A stretch of DNA of 63,533 nt, filler included, from Octopus bimaculoides (lineage: Eukaryota): the NCBI RefSeq assembly GCF_001194135.2. It is 10 parts of 8 records of this genome, joined end to end, with 100 filler letters (N's around TTAATTAATTAA, not from the genome) between each part and the next. Parts side by side here need not be neighbours in the genome. Positions count along the whole stretch, not along the records: positions 2,144 to 9,765 come from NC_068983.1; positions 9,866 to 13,936 come from NC_068990.1; positions 14,037 to 21,621 come from NC_068985.1; positions 21,722 to 31,424 come from NC_068995.1; 6 more parts are not named here. One strand, 5' to 3'. The translations under genes were made by a program, and so were the position numbers. The notes under the pieces were generated by a model, which worked only from the letters and a program-made list of their open reading frames with translations, was not told the DNA's origin and did no database searches. The stretch's first letter is position 1. Each line of letters opens with the position of its first letter. This document shows positions 9,714-22,627 of the stretch, piece by piece.

Positions 9714-12700
9714 TTACACCACCTGTCCTCGTCTGTTGTTATTTTTTGTATATTCTCCCATATATNNNNNNNNNNNNNNNNNNNNNNNNNNNNNNNNNNN
9801 NNNNNNNNNTTAATTAATTAANNNNNNNNNNNNNNNNNNNNNNNNNNNNNNNNNNNNNNNNNNNNTGGATTTGTGTTCGTCTGAAGTCCTATGTCAATGT
9901 GGTTCGTCTGAGTTCATTGTTTCATTGTTGTTGTCTTGTGTGACTGTCGTAGTAAAAGGTCATTAATAGATATGGTGGACATGATTCTTGTTTATTTGCA
10001 ACGAACATTGGGTGAGTGCGTTCTTTGTATGTAATTGAATAATAAATGTAATAATTAAATTGTACAACTCGTTGTGTTATCTCTGCGAGTCTCCCGAGTG
10101 GAATACAACAATAGTCGATTGATCCATCAGTCTGTCTGTCTCTGTGGCTATTAACCCATCTCTCTGACTGTCTATCAACTTATCTACTTTTATGCCTTCT
10201 GAGGTTGATGTAAACGCCTTTTCCTCTGTCCTTAAAACTTGCTGGCGTTGAACAGTAGTCTTGAACCCTACAACGGACTGTGGAGTGAGGTGGGGGGATA
10301 TTGTGATTTTTGTCACTTATTCACCATAGAAACCGGGCAACTGGCTTTATGAATCCAAAAGCTCGAGAGAAAAAAGGATAATTTGAGAAAGAATACTTCT
10401 TGCAGGTCGAGCGACCCCATAACAGACCAGTAATGTCGTTGTTGTCGTTTAATCCCAGACAAAGTCATAATCCGGAATCTATGATCAATGGTGTCTGTTT
10501 GAAATGCAGTGCATCTAGTGTATCTAGACCTCCATTAACCGATGTCTTCTTTCAACCGAAAGACAGTTGTCCTCAACCTCCTTTCCTTTTCTATTCTTTT
10601 CTTTTCTTTTCTTGCTGCTCACTTTAGAGCAAATAAATAATATGATATTACTCGTATATGTAAAGTTGAAAAGTATTTGAAAAAGGTATGTATTTTAGCG
10701 TGTAAATTCCATGAAATTTAACCGTCACTGCGTTTTTATACTGACAAATTCATTAGAGATGTGAAACAGTCGTAAACATGTTTCAATGAGTTTGTATAAA
10801 TAAGGCCAGTAAGTTAGACTATAAATACCCATCAATCCCTGGCGTTCAACCAGTGTGCTACGTTTCTGTGTCTGGGAGCCATTATAGTACGGTGCAATTT
10901 GAGAAAGATTCACTGCTATTTCTAGTAACTTAAGCAACCATGTATAGACTCTTATTTAACTCGCTTTCATGATGAAGAAAATTCAGCTTAAGAACGATTC
11001 AATTCCCTTAGTTTTGGTTTGCAAGTTATTTGACATATATCTTATTAGCATCACCAAGGTCTATTGCCTACCTAATTACATAGCATTTTCATCATTACAG
11101 ACATAAAAAGCATCCCCTGGAAGAAAATAGTATTCAACATTCTTAAGCAAAGAATCTCGTAGCATTTTGGGTTGATTAGACTGTGTGATGCTGATGCGGT
11201 TCAATTGGCATAAGCATATCCATAGTTGAGTTATTCCTTTCCAGTAAACAATAATCTAATTTCATTTTCTTAAGCATGGGAATTATGAAATTAACTAGCA
11301 TACCCGTGTCGTCAAAAATACCAACAGTTTTATTAATGCTAGAAAATGACGCATCAAAACAATGGGAGAAACCATTGGTAAATGTCAGCAGTCGAGTAAA
11401 TATATGTACATATATATAACTGAAGCTCTCAAACAATCAAATACGGTTGTAACGCCTCGGGTGGAAATATTATTATCTTACCCTTCTTGAAAATACCTCA
11501 CTTTTTTTGTCAGAGAGTTTTTCTTTACTTTCTCCAACTAAGAGAACATTTCAATTAAGATGTTATTGAGTACGCCATTCAGTATATCACTCTTTAATTT
11601 AACGTTTAAAAATTGACTGAAATGTCATTGATAATATGTTAGTTGAACTGAAGCGAACCAACAACTGGTATACAGAAATAGACAGGACCATGGAGAGAAT
11701 GTGAAATATTATACATCATACGATTAACAAAGTCGGTATATGTAGCATGGTCCTTAGCTTGGTGACGGCGAATTATATCTAGAACACTAGACCAATAAGG
11801 TCGAATCTAGTCATTTGACTGGCTACCTACGTACTGTCGATATGTTTAATCAGAGCTGACTTGAGATAATTCCACGACACTGGTGTACACACCAACGTTT
11901 TTATAGTAGGCTGTTAGAACAGAAAATTTATTATAAATAGTTGAAGCATGATTAACAACAAACCTGCCGTTTCATATGATTATTGGTCATTTTATTCCAC
12001 AGAATCTATGTTTGCAAATATTAAACATGTTTGCGAAATATATGAAAACTATCGACACAAAATAATGGATAACGCTCTGTACAGATGTTGTACTCGTTCA
12101 TGACTTTGTATAATTTACAGAAAGAAATTGTGTGTAAATTCAACCGGTTCAGAGAGTTCCTTGCGATATTAAAGGAAATTCACTGCAGCCTCATATCACC
12201 TTCAAACGTTAATTCTACTCCTATGTTCTTACATGAACTACAGATTTACAAGCAAACGAAAATTCGTTGCAATAATGAATATTGATGAACCGTTCGTAAT
12301 GAACGATCTGAAATGTTTATAGAAGAGAGATTTATTGCACTAAGCCATCCCTATTGGGATACAAAAGCCTTTATAACAAAACCGTAAGAGCCATTAGAAA
12401 AGGAGAGCGTTTGATTATTCATAAACTATTAACCGATATATACCGTTTTTTTCTAACCACCACCCACTACCTAGAATCAAAGCTCAGAAAATTAAAACAG
12501 AGAATTCTTTTACGACACTCTAGCACATTGGTGAATATTAATATATTGACTTTTCATTGCCTTTAAGGTCAGCAGTAGTTTCAATATCTTTCACTTTAAT
12601 GTAGAAGTAATAACTATTTCTGTTTAATCACGGCCTTACACATGCCAAATCCGTTTAACTCACTTCTGTGTTACGTAAGGTTCCAGCCGCCATGTGGACC

Positions 12701-12974
12701 TTGACGATGACAAATCACTGAACAAATTATCTTCATTACCGTTTTGCGAAGGTAAAATAACAGCGAGGAAAGCTTTTGGGAAAGCATCAACAAACATTAT
12801 TACATTATTACCGGTCCATGTACGCTATTACTGTTAACGTGTTTATTACGATGCATCAAATTTGCTTCGTATTTTGTTCTTACTTTCAATTATATATATG
12901 CATGTTGCTGATCGATGGGCACGCGCGCGCGCGTATGTATGTATGTATGTATGTTTATTATTTATATTATTTAC

Positions 12975-13115
12975 ATTATTTACATTTGACGGATATTTGT
13001 CCTCATCTTGTTTGTTGTTAACACAACGTTTCGGCTGATATATCCCCCAGCCTTCATCAGGTGTCTTGGGGAAAATTTCGAACCTGGGTTCTCATTTCTA
13101 AGGTATTTTTCGATG
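12975..13115 (-). mobile_element. Penelope-like terminal-repeat (pLTR)-type fragment carrying a hammerhead motif
   Basis: Contains the minus-strand CTGATGA..stem..GAAACGT core that is typical of PLE pLTRs. Confidence 0.55.
13020..13065 (-). ncRNA. Minimal type I hammerhead ribozyme motif
   Basis: Minus-strand RNA: GACAC CUGAUGA A GGCUG-GGGGAUAUAU-CAGCC GAA ACGU U GUGUU. Stem I GACAC/GUGUU, stem II GGCUG/CAGCC, palindromic AACGUU in place of stem III, cleavage triplet GUU. Confidence 0.7.
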
Positions 13116-13116
13116 C

Positions 13117-13156
<40 letters not shown>

Positions 13157-13161
<5 letters not shown>

Positions 13162-13249
13162 AGTCACTACCTGAAATCGAACTCGTAATCTTGGGGTTAG
13201 TAGCCCGTGCTCTTAACCTTAAGATTCCGAGTTCGATTCCAGGCAGTGA

Positions 13250-13256
<7 letters not shown>
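13157..13256. mobile_element. Two short tRNA-Arg-like SINE copies fused in inverted orientation, each with an (AAT)n tail
   Basis: 13157-13192 is the reverse complement of 13221-13256 (AAGATTCCGAGTTCGATTCCAGGCAGTGACCTGAAT). It carries a B-box GTTCGATTCC, and AAGATTCC.GTTCGA resembles tRNA-Arg(ACG). Confidence 0.7.
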
Positions 13257-13283
<27 letters not shown>

Positions 13284-13284
<1 letters not shown>

Positions 13285-13936
13285 TATAAAATAGCTCCTA
13301 CTCTGCGAAACTTTTTATCTGTAAGTATGAGATCATGGAGAACCACACTGACGTTGAACAATGACAATGAATCTCTAAATGCTGGAGATGTAAGAATTTC
13401 ATGTGGCATTTTCCAGAGTGACTCACTATCACTCCTCTTCTGTCTAGCCTTAATACCTCTCTCAAAATTGCTCAATCATGCACAGTATGGTTATAAAATA
13501 TTTGATAAAAATATAAATCATCTCATTTACATGGATGATAAAGCTCTTTGCAATAAAATGACCAACAACTCAAAGGCCTACTAGCGATTGTTAAACAATT
13601 CAGTGATGACATCAGGATGCAATTTGGTCTTGATAAATGTGCAAAAGCTACCTTTATCAAAGGAAAAATGACAAAAACATCTAATGTGAACCTTGACCAG
13701 CAAAATGTCATAAAAGAGTTAGAACCAGCGGAGAGCTACAAATACCTAGGGGTGATTGAAGGGGACAATATCAAGCATTCAGTGATGAGGGAAAGGATCA
13801 GAAGAGAATGTTATCGCAGGGTGAGAGCAATACTGAAGACAGAGCTGAACGCAAGAAACAGGATCGAAGCGATCAATGCTCTAGCCATACCAGTCGTGAC
13901 TTACAGTTTCAATATCGTTAACTGGTCACTTACTGA
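13284..13936 (+). mobile_element. R4/Dong-clade non-LTR retrotransposon RT fragment (frameshifted)
   Basis: GIFQSDSLSLLFCLALIPLS...INHLIYMDD, then MQFGLDKCAK...YKYLGVIE...ELNARNRIEAINALAIPVVTYSF. Starts directly after (AAT)n and ends at a gap. Confidence 0.85.
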
Positions 13937-14035
13937 NNNNNNNNNNNNNNNNNNNNNNNNNNNNNNNNNNNNNNNNNNNNTTAATTAATTAANNNNNNNN
14001 NNNNNNNNNNNNNNNNNNNNNNNNNNNNNNNNNNN

Positions 14036-14132
14036 NCAAAGAATAAGTCTTAGAGTCGATTTTCTCGAATAAAGGCGGTCCTCCAGCATGGCCGCAATGA
14101 TATGACTGAAACAAGTAAAAAAGTAAAAGAGT
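14036..14132 (+). mobile_element. SINE family A, 3' end
   Basis: GGCGGTCCTCCAGCATGGCCGCAATGATATGACTGAAACAAGTAAAA. Confidence 0.75.
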
Positions 14133-14649
14133 ATATATATATATAAACAAATAGTAAATGAGTATATGCATATATGAGGTCCATGAGAAGAGCCGTTTTA
14201 ACGATGCGTCCTGCCCAGCTCTTCGAAACTCCGGTGATAAAACGGGGTTAGCTGATGAAGTAGAATGTTCTCTATGTGGCTTGTGTGTTTTCTCATCTAC
14301 GTTTTGTTTGCAATGTCCTGTACCCAGATATGCACCTATACATACAGGTGGATGTCGGTACGCACATACCTGTACGTATATATGCATATACTCATATATT
14401 AATTTGAGCCGAAATCACGGGTGATCTGAGACCTACGCTTGTTGTAGGGAGATTGTCTCCCTTGTCAGCTAATAGATAATGGTATTTGAACTGAAAATGC
14501 TTTGTTCAAGAGTAAAAGTTGTTTTGACTCTTATTTCTAGCAATCCTGGTGCTGACGTGCAATCTTGGTCACTTTTAGTGATGATTGTACTTAAGCCTTT
14601 TGGTTTTAAATTGCGACAAGCCACATAAACAATGTATATATATATAAAC

Positions 14650-15521
14650 CACTGCTACCCTACCAAGATCTGGGAGACCGAGCAAACTTACCAGAAGAGC
14701 AAAGTCAAACCTGGTCCAGGAGGCAACCTCCAAACCTAGTGCAACACTGGAAGACTTGAATGCTTCAGTTTCCAGTACTGGGACAGATGTCCATGTATCT
14801 ACAATTTCCAGAGTATTGCAGCAGTCTGGCCTGCAATGGGAGGGTAGCTAGAAAAAATCCCCTTCTGAAACCTATACACAAGCAAGCTAGGCTAAACTTT
14901 GCCAAAAGTCACACTAATGATTCCATGACCATGTGGCGAAAGATTTTGTGGCCAGATGAGATCCAAGTCGAGTTATATGGAAAGAAATCGAAACGCTACG
15001 TTTGGTGAAAAAAAGGCACTGCTCACCAACCTCGTTACACCGTCCCCACTGTAAAGCATAGCGGTGGCTCGATCATACTATGGGGCTGTTTTTCAGCTGC
15101 AGGGCCTGGAGAGAAGGTAACCATGCAAGGTATCATGGACAGTGTCAAATACCAAGAAATACTGGGGGCAACCTGCTGAAGTCTGCTAGAGCTCTGCGCT
15201 TGGGTCGCAATTTCAAGTTTCAACACGATAATGACCCTAAGCATGTGTCAAAAAGTACTAAAGCTTGGTTTGCTAGCAAGAAAATCACAGTTTTGGAGTG
15301 GCCCAGCCAGTCTCCAGACCTCAATCCGATAGAAAATCTATGGTGAGATCTAAAGCTGGCTGTGCACCGACGTTCCCCATCCAATCTGAGACAGCTTGAA
15401 AAGTTCTGCCATGAAGAATGGCGAACATTTTCAGAAGACCACTCCACTGCTGCAAGCTCGTGGAAGGTTACCCGAGGCGTCTGCAGGCTGTAATTTACGC
15501 ACAGGACCATATACAAAGTAG
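14650..15521 (+). mobile_element. Tc1-type (DD34E) transposase pseudogene
   Basis: PRSGRPSKL...GRVARKNPLL...WPDE...[15 protein letters not shown]...FQHDNDPKH...[15 protein letters not shown], with stops and frameshifts. Confidence 0.92.
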
Positions 15522-17940
15522 ATTGAACGAAATAATTAACTGAACGTCATGTGTTTTCTTTTACACAAAACCAGGAAGTTTTCACCATCCCCTCGTGTAC
15601 ATGTACAAATACACACACATACACACACACACGCACACACAGAGGTGGTATTGTGCAAATATATTTATATATATATTGATGGTATAAATCTTAGAAATAA
15701 GTGAGTTGAACAAGTTAAGCTGTTATTACATTTGTATATAAACTTATAACGACAAATGCCCGCAGGAAAAAAAGTTGTTTACAATAAAGCGGAAATATAT
15801 AATACATAGAGTGCAGGACATAGTAACGCTAACCAGTCGTTTACCTGTCAATCATGCCGATTACTCAAATGACTCCGCCCACCTATGCTAATAGTTCACT
15901 TGCCTTTATTTTATGTTTTGAAGTAAAACGGAATTATTAGGTCGGCTGCACTAAATTTCTTATTTTGATATGAAGTTAGGAATATTGGTAAAATCTGATT
16001 TACTGAAATGAAAGCGTGGGAAAGTTGATAGTTGTTTATGCGTATATGTGTTTATATGAAGGCAATTTTCACTCTTAATTACAAGATCGTGTGTTCAATT
16101 CTAGGACTGCGCAATGCGTTAGGTTCTTGTGCATAATGCATAATAACACATTGATCTTGGTAACTGTACCGAAAATAAATCTGATGTAGTGTTGGTGGAG
16201 GCCCGAATCTCTTTTGCAGTCATATCATTTATGCTTCAGTGGATTAAAGGTGGAACGTATGAGAATGTACCTGTATCTCTTGTTGATTACCTACCTAAAT
16301 GTATTTCGCTACAGAATGATACATGCTATAATATCATATTGAACGTTATTCGTATTACTATGTTACACACACACACTTACACACGTACACATCCACACGT
16401 CAAAGTAACAAGCCCCTGTCCACAAACACACACTTACACATTCTCATATTCACACACACGCGCACCTTCGTTTTGGAATCACCAATTCTTTAATATCTCC
16501 CTTCTTTCTACCTCTCTTGTCAAACCCCTTTTTCCCAACATGTTGCAATGGTTCATTGCTAAATCCACAAGTTTTTTATTCTCTCTATTTATTTCCTCTA
16601 TATTTAAAAATGAAGGCAATCAGAATTTTGGATAATTCTTTATTAGCGTTGGCGTTCATTTATCCGAACTCTTCAGGAAATAGTAAAATCAAAATAACGT
16701 AAAAAAATTAAAACCATTATTTTGGTTTCATTTTTTTCTGGAATGTTCTGTTAAATGAACGAAAGCGCTAATAAAGAATTATTCAAAACTCTGACGGTCG
16801 CCTTCGTCTTAATATACACTATCTGTACACCACTTCAATCGCTCTATACATACATACATACATACATACATACATACATACATACATACATACATACATG
16901 CACACAGACACACACACATCCAGACACACACACATATGTATATACATCAAGGACATTTGAATCAAAGAATTCCCTTTCATGGGAATTTTGATAGCAACCA
17001 AAGTAAATAATTATATGCAGAATTGTAAAAAAAATGTATTTCATATTTTTATTGTTCCGCTTGCAGCTTGAACTGGTAGAATGCAAGTTTAATGGTTTCT
17101 TTCTTAACCTGAACCTCCTCACAAAACTTTTTCAGAATCGATTATTCAAGAATTTAGTAACATAACTACATGTTCGAACGCTTATGAATGTAATTATTAA
17201 TTTCTTAGCTGGGTTGCAAAGAAGTAGGTTTTCAAGCAGTTGGTGATAAATTTCCTCTCTCACTAATTATGAATTACTGTCCTTCCCACAGATTGCATTG
17301 TGTATTATTTTAACAATATTATGCTGCATAACAACGCATAAGTATGTTAGTGCAGTTTCACGCAGCTGCTGTTCAACTGTGTACTAACTTACACAGATAC
17401 ACGTTATAACCGACGTTTAGTTGTATCTTTAGGCTTTGACTTTCACTTAATTACCAAAATAATCAAATTTTAAAAGAGTTATTAAAATAAGTAAGTTTTT
17501 CATATTTAAGCAATTGTTTGAAATATAATTTATAGAAATTTACATAAAATTATGAAGTCTAATGTTAATTTAGATATAAACACATTAAACTACAGATTGC
17601 AGACATAAGCAAAAACGTCCACAGAATTGCTTCCTCACCAGACTTGAGTTCGGTTCTACTCTATGACATCGTGGACAAGGCCTTTTACAGCAACGCTGGT
17701 CAGAGTGAAGCTTTGAAAGGAATTTAGTAATGAAAACTTTCCGGAAGCCCATTGCATGTGTGTAACTTTACACTAAGCTTGTAATATTAACTAGCATCGA
17801 CATTTTGGTATCATTTCTATTTCTTTGCCTCTTAGATAAATTCCATATGAGATTGTTATTGTTGTTGCTGTTGCTGTTTTTTCTTGTTTTTGTTCTTCGT
17901 TTTTGTTTCCTTTACTTTTTGATGTACTACATATAAGTGG

Positions 17941-18385
17941 AGGCGCAATGGCTCGCAGTCGTAGCATCGCAGTTTTGATTCTCAGACAGGGCATTGTGAG
18001 TGTTTATTGAGCGAAAACACCTAAAGCTCCATGAGGCTCTGGCGTATGGCTAAGTGACTTGAGCATCGGGTTCGCAATCATCGTGTAGTGAGTTTGATTC
18101 CCGTACCGGGATGTGTGTTCTGTTCTTGAGCAAGTCACTTTACATTTTGTTTCTCCATTTCACTCATCTCTAGAAATGAGTCGCGACGTCACTGGTGCCA
18201 AGTTGTATTGGTCTTTGCCTTTCTCTTGGATAACATCGGTAGCGTGGAGAGGAGACGATGGTATGCATGGGCGATTGCTGGTATTCGTTAAACAACCTTG
18301 CTCAGTCTTGAGTTTCAGAGGGTATCTTTCTATGAGCAATTCCATGGTCATCCATGAACTAAGTGGGGCTTTACTTTTTACCTTT
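17941..18385 (+). mobile_element. Adjacent tRNA-derived SINEs: family C head (17941-18045) and family D (18040-18385)
   Basis: GGCGCAATGG...TTGTGAGTGTTTATTGAGCGAAA matches the reverse complement of 56590-56696. GCGACGTCACTGGTGCCAAG...TGCATGGGCGA matches 55180-55500. Confidence 0.75.
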
Positions 18386-19091
18386 ATTCTGAAATTGGGT
18401 AGCGCTATTCTTTGAAGATAGGGAATACATTTTAATAAATACAGGATAGCAGAAAGGATCAATAGATGCATGGGCACTGATCTTTAATTGTTGCCACCTA
18501 TTTATATATTAACTACAAAAAATTAATTTATGAAGGATAGTAAAGGAACGGTAAATCTGAAATTGTGGAATTGCAAGGGTTTATTTCTTTTGAATTTATC
18601 AAGAACGAAAATAATATTATGCAGACAATCTAGGCCTATTTGTGTGTATATATGTTTGTATATAGCTGTATTTGTAAATATGTATTTGTATATAAGTTAG
18701 AGTGTGCGCATGTTTGCTCCAACGTGTGTATGTATGTGCTTGTGAATTGTGTGGAGTTTCTGTACAGTTGGAAGATTAATATGTTTGAATTAGAATTATA
18801 AATATTTAAGAGGCAAAAATCTTAAAATACTCTTTTGTTCTATATATCTTAGTTAAATATTTAACAAAATATTTTGTACAGTTTCTAAACTTAAATTTAA
18901 TTCTTTATATCCATGTGTGTTTCAAATTTTCCTGTTCACATGCATATGTATGCTAGAGTGTGTATAAATGTGCGTATGTGCGTTTCAATCAGTGCATTTC
19001 TGTTAAGTTATAAATTTTATTATGTACTTTTAGGAAATATGATGTTATACAAATGCATCATCATCATTACCCCCACCCAACCTCCACCCCC

Positions 19092-19122
<31 letters not shown>

Positions 19123-19551
19123 TTTCAAGATCAATCGTCTATTCTCGCATGAGTTGGATATAGTACTGGAGAATTAGAAATTAAAACAACTTGTGGTATG
19201 TAGTTTATAAAGCATACTAAATAATTCCGTTTANNNNNNNNNNNNNNNNNNNNNNNNNNNNNNNNNNNNNNNNNNNNNNNNNNNNNNNNNNNNNNNNNNN
19301 NNNNNNNNNNNNNNTATATATACATACATATATATTGTCGCGCGCGCGTGCATGTCTTTGTATGTATATGTGTGTCTATTTATCTATCTTTCTACGTACG
19401 TGTACTCAGATACTTCAACATACCTCTCTTTCTATATATATATATTCATAAATGAGCGTGTATAAAGCTTTGTAAGTAGAGAGAAGACTCTTGAGAGGAC
19501 TTCTTACATGCTTGGTTGAGATATATATCTATGTATGTATATATATATATT

Positions 19552-19775
19552 CTTTTATTCTTTTATTTGTTTCAGTCATTGAGTGCGGCCATGCTGGAGC
19601 ACCGCCTTTAGTCGATTTAATCAACATCAGGGTTTATTCTTCGTAAGCTTAGTACTTATTATATCGGTCTTTCTTGTTGAACCACTAAGTTACGGGGACC
19701 TAAAAACGCCAAAATCGGTTTTCAAGTGATAGTGGGGGAGACAAACAGAGACACACGCACGCACACATACATATG
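19552..19775 (-). mobile_element. SINE family A, 3' half
   Basis: GCGGCCATGCTGGAGCACCGCCTTTAGTCG...AAGTTACGGGGAC. Confidence 0.8.
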
Positions 19776-19822
<47 letters not shown>

Positions 19823-20149
19823 TTTAACCCCGAGAGGATATCTCCTCTAAATGGTTAACGATGCACAGCTGCATCCAATAATACTGTGACCAGGAGAGGG
19901 AAACCCTACGATCGATCTTCTAGCGACGGGACCAGTAGACAAGTGCTGGTTTCGGGCAATTTCTCTTGGGGTAAAAAAAAACAAAACAAACTCAGTAGAG
20001 TCCGCTCAAGTGCACAGCCATGTTAAAGTGGCTACAAATATTAATTGTCAGTACAAGTACTGTATTGATCTCTTAGAGAGATTTTTGAACTCTCTCTCTA
20101 TATATACTCCTTTTTCCACCTTGTTTCACATTTATGTGCTCACTCTAAA

Positions 20150-21050
20150 TTGGTAACCAAGTATCGCTAGTTTGTCTCGAATAAGGGTTAAAAGAAAGGT
20201 ACATAAAGAACTTTGTGGTTGAAAATTTTTTGGGGGCCGCAACGTAATTGGAAATTTAAAAAATCGTTATTTTTGGATGGATTTGGGATTTCATGGAAAC
20301 TAGCATGGAGGCGCATAAAACAGGCTCGAACACAGTATAAAGGGAAATCTGTGTGATCTTTCAAAGTTCCTACTCGAAATTTTGTTGCCTCAAACTACTT
20401 GGACATAATTAACAGTCAGGCCACTATTGTTACTGAACCACATCTAATACCGGCATTTCCTGATGAAGAAATCGATACCTTCATTTGTCAGCGGCATTTG
20501 ATGCAACTGGAAAAATTACCGTTCCAAGCCCAAGCTGTGGAGCGTTGCGTAAAACTCGTGACAGAAGTATCATCTAAAGTTTGTGGTGAGAACAGTCGAG
20601 ACGGTCTCATTAGGAGTTAAATCGAATCAAAAGGAAAAATCCCGGTGTCCGAGATGAAAACCAAAAAGGACTTCAAACTGAAAGGTAATACAGCAATAAT
20701 CAATTAGAACTTTTTGGTTTTAGCTATTTTGAACATAACAAACCGATAGTATTATGTCGTTTTAGGAATTTCCAAAACAACAACTCTTTTACTATTCTAT
20801 TCTTTATTTGAGAATTAGATGCTAATTCTTGTCTACGAAAAAGATTAATTGGCTTTATTACTGGAACGAAAAGGAATGCACGACAACAATTCGTATTATT
20901 TAATCACACGGAATTATTTCGAATAAATTGGAAATGTTAATTATTCTTATCACCCAAAAGGTGACAAGAATCAAAAATTAGTTTACACTGAATTTTATGT
21001 TAATATGTGTGTAATCTAGGCCTCATATAACACATATATTCGGTAACCTA
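20150..21050 (+). mobile_element. Internally deleted hAT-like (hATm-type) element with C-terminal transposase piece
   Basis: The 5' ~130 bp are homologous to the 4572 terminus. Then FKVPTRNF..NYLDII..VTEPHL...LPFQAQAVERCVKLVTEVSSKVCGENSRDGLIRS (PCHTQAVER.VK-type motif). Putative 3' TIR GGTAACCTA at 21042-21050. Confidence 0.7.
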
Positions 21051-21719
21051 GTATTAAAAATAATAAAGAAAGCAAAGAATAAAAATCTATTTATTTAATT
21101 TAATTTCGAAATTTTAAGTGCCACGCGGAGCTAAAAGTCACAAATTGTACAGCTTGAGATTTCATCGCTCTTCTGTTTAATAGATTTTGCAAAGGAAAAT
21201 CAATTCGTAACAATGAAAGTAAAAAATAAAATGAGGAAGGGCAAGTGGGTTTTAAATTGATTTTTCACTCATCATTCAACATTTAAAGTGGGTTGCAGAG
21301 CTTCAAGATGTAAGCTTAAGAACTTCAGATTTTAACATAGTTGTCTTTAAAGGGTTTAGCAAAAAAAAAAAAAAAGAAAGAAATTCTTGAAAGCTTAGTT
21401 ATATATATATATATATATATATTTGACATATATCTTTTTTATATGTTTGCATGTCCCACATGCTATACCTTCATTTATGTATTCTTTTTTACTACTATTA
21501 TTATTTTTTCCTCCTGTACCCTTATTTGTATTTTTTATTTTTATTTTTATTTATATTTTGATTTCAATTGTATTTTTATTTTTATTTCTATCTTATTTTT
21601 GCTGTTGTTTTTCTTCTTGTCNNNNNNNNNNNNNNNNNNNNNNNNNNNNNNNNNNNNNNNNNNNNTTAATTAATTAANNNNNNNNNNNNNNNNNNNNNNN
21701 NNNNNNNNNNNNNNNNNNN

Positions 21720-22482
21720 NNCCTCCCTCTCTCCTATTCCCCCTCTCTCACTTTTTTCTCTTCTTCCTTTCTTTCATTTATTGGGATTCCTTCGAAATTT
21801 TCAATGCTGCTTCTCATTTGCCCGCGTATTTCATTTACCTTTCAATTGCTCTGTCTGTCTGTTGGTCTCTCTCTCTCTCTCTCTCTTTGTCTTCCTCGCT
21901 TTCTTTCTGTCTGTCTCTGTCTCTGTCTGTCTCTGTCTCTGTCTGTTTGTCTGTCTGTCTTTTCTTTCCCCCCACCCTCCCTTCTATTGTGAGCTTCTCG
22001 CAAGACCTTAGTGAGGATATCGAATTAAATGTCAGATCGCTTTCGAAAGTAATCGAACTCCTGGGAACGGAGGCAAGCGGCAAATGACGATAAAAACAAA
22101 ACAAAAAGAAACCCACTGCCCTCTCATTCCACTCACCAGCCTGTTGTTAATCTATATCAAATACCAGTTTAGGAGGACCTTTAATGGTGGGTGGGGGGTT
22201 GAGGAAAGGGGAGAATTAGAAGAGGAGAGAGATGAGGAAGAAGAGAGAGAGGAAGAGGAAAGAGAGAGAGAGGAGAGAGATGAGAAAGAAGAGAGAGAGG
22301 AAGAGGAAAGAGAGAGAGAGGAGAGAGGAGAGAGAAAGAGATAGAAATAGATGGAGACGGGGAATGAATGAGCATGCTAGAAAGGGAGCGAGAGAAGAAA
22401 AGAGTGAGAGAGAGAGACAGACAGACAAAGAGAGAGAGAGAGGGAGAGGGAGGGAGAGAGGGAGGGGGAGAGAGAGAGAGAG

Positions 22483-22517
<35 letters not shown>

Positions 22518-22520
22518 TAG
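21720..22520. repeat. (CT)/(CTGT) tract followed by a long (GA)-rich purine tract
   Basis: Seen directly; includes GATGAG(G/A)AAGAAGAGAGAGAGGAAGAGGAAAGAGAGAGAGAGGAGA repeated in tandem. Confidence 0.9.
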
Positions 22521-22582
22521 GCAGGAACAAAGGTTGGAAAAAGGGATGGCAAAGAAACTGAAAAAATGTGGAATAGAAGTTA

Positions 22583-22627
<45 letters not shown>

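Noticed and set aside
11306-11340. Possible 35-nt minus-strand micro-exon INKTVGIFDDT
   Set aside because: Splice-like sites only, with no recognisable peptide; expected by chance in 63 kb.
17638-17700. Apparent phase-1/1 exon DLSSVLLYDIVDKAFYSNAG
   Set aside because: The sequence aligns with a diverged SINE family A body.
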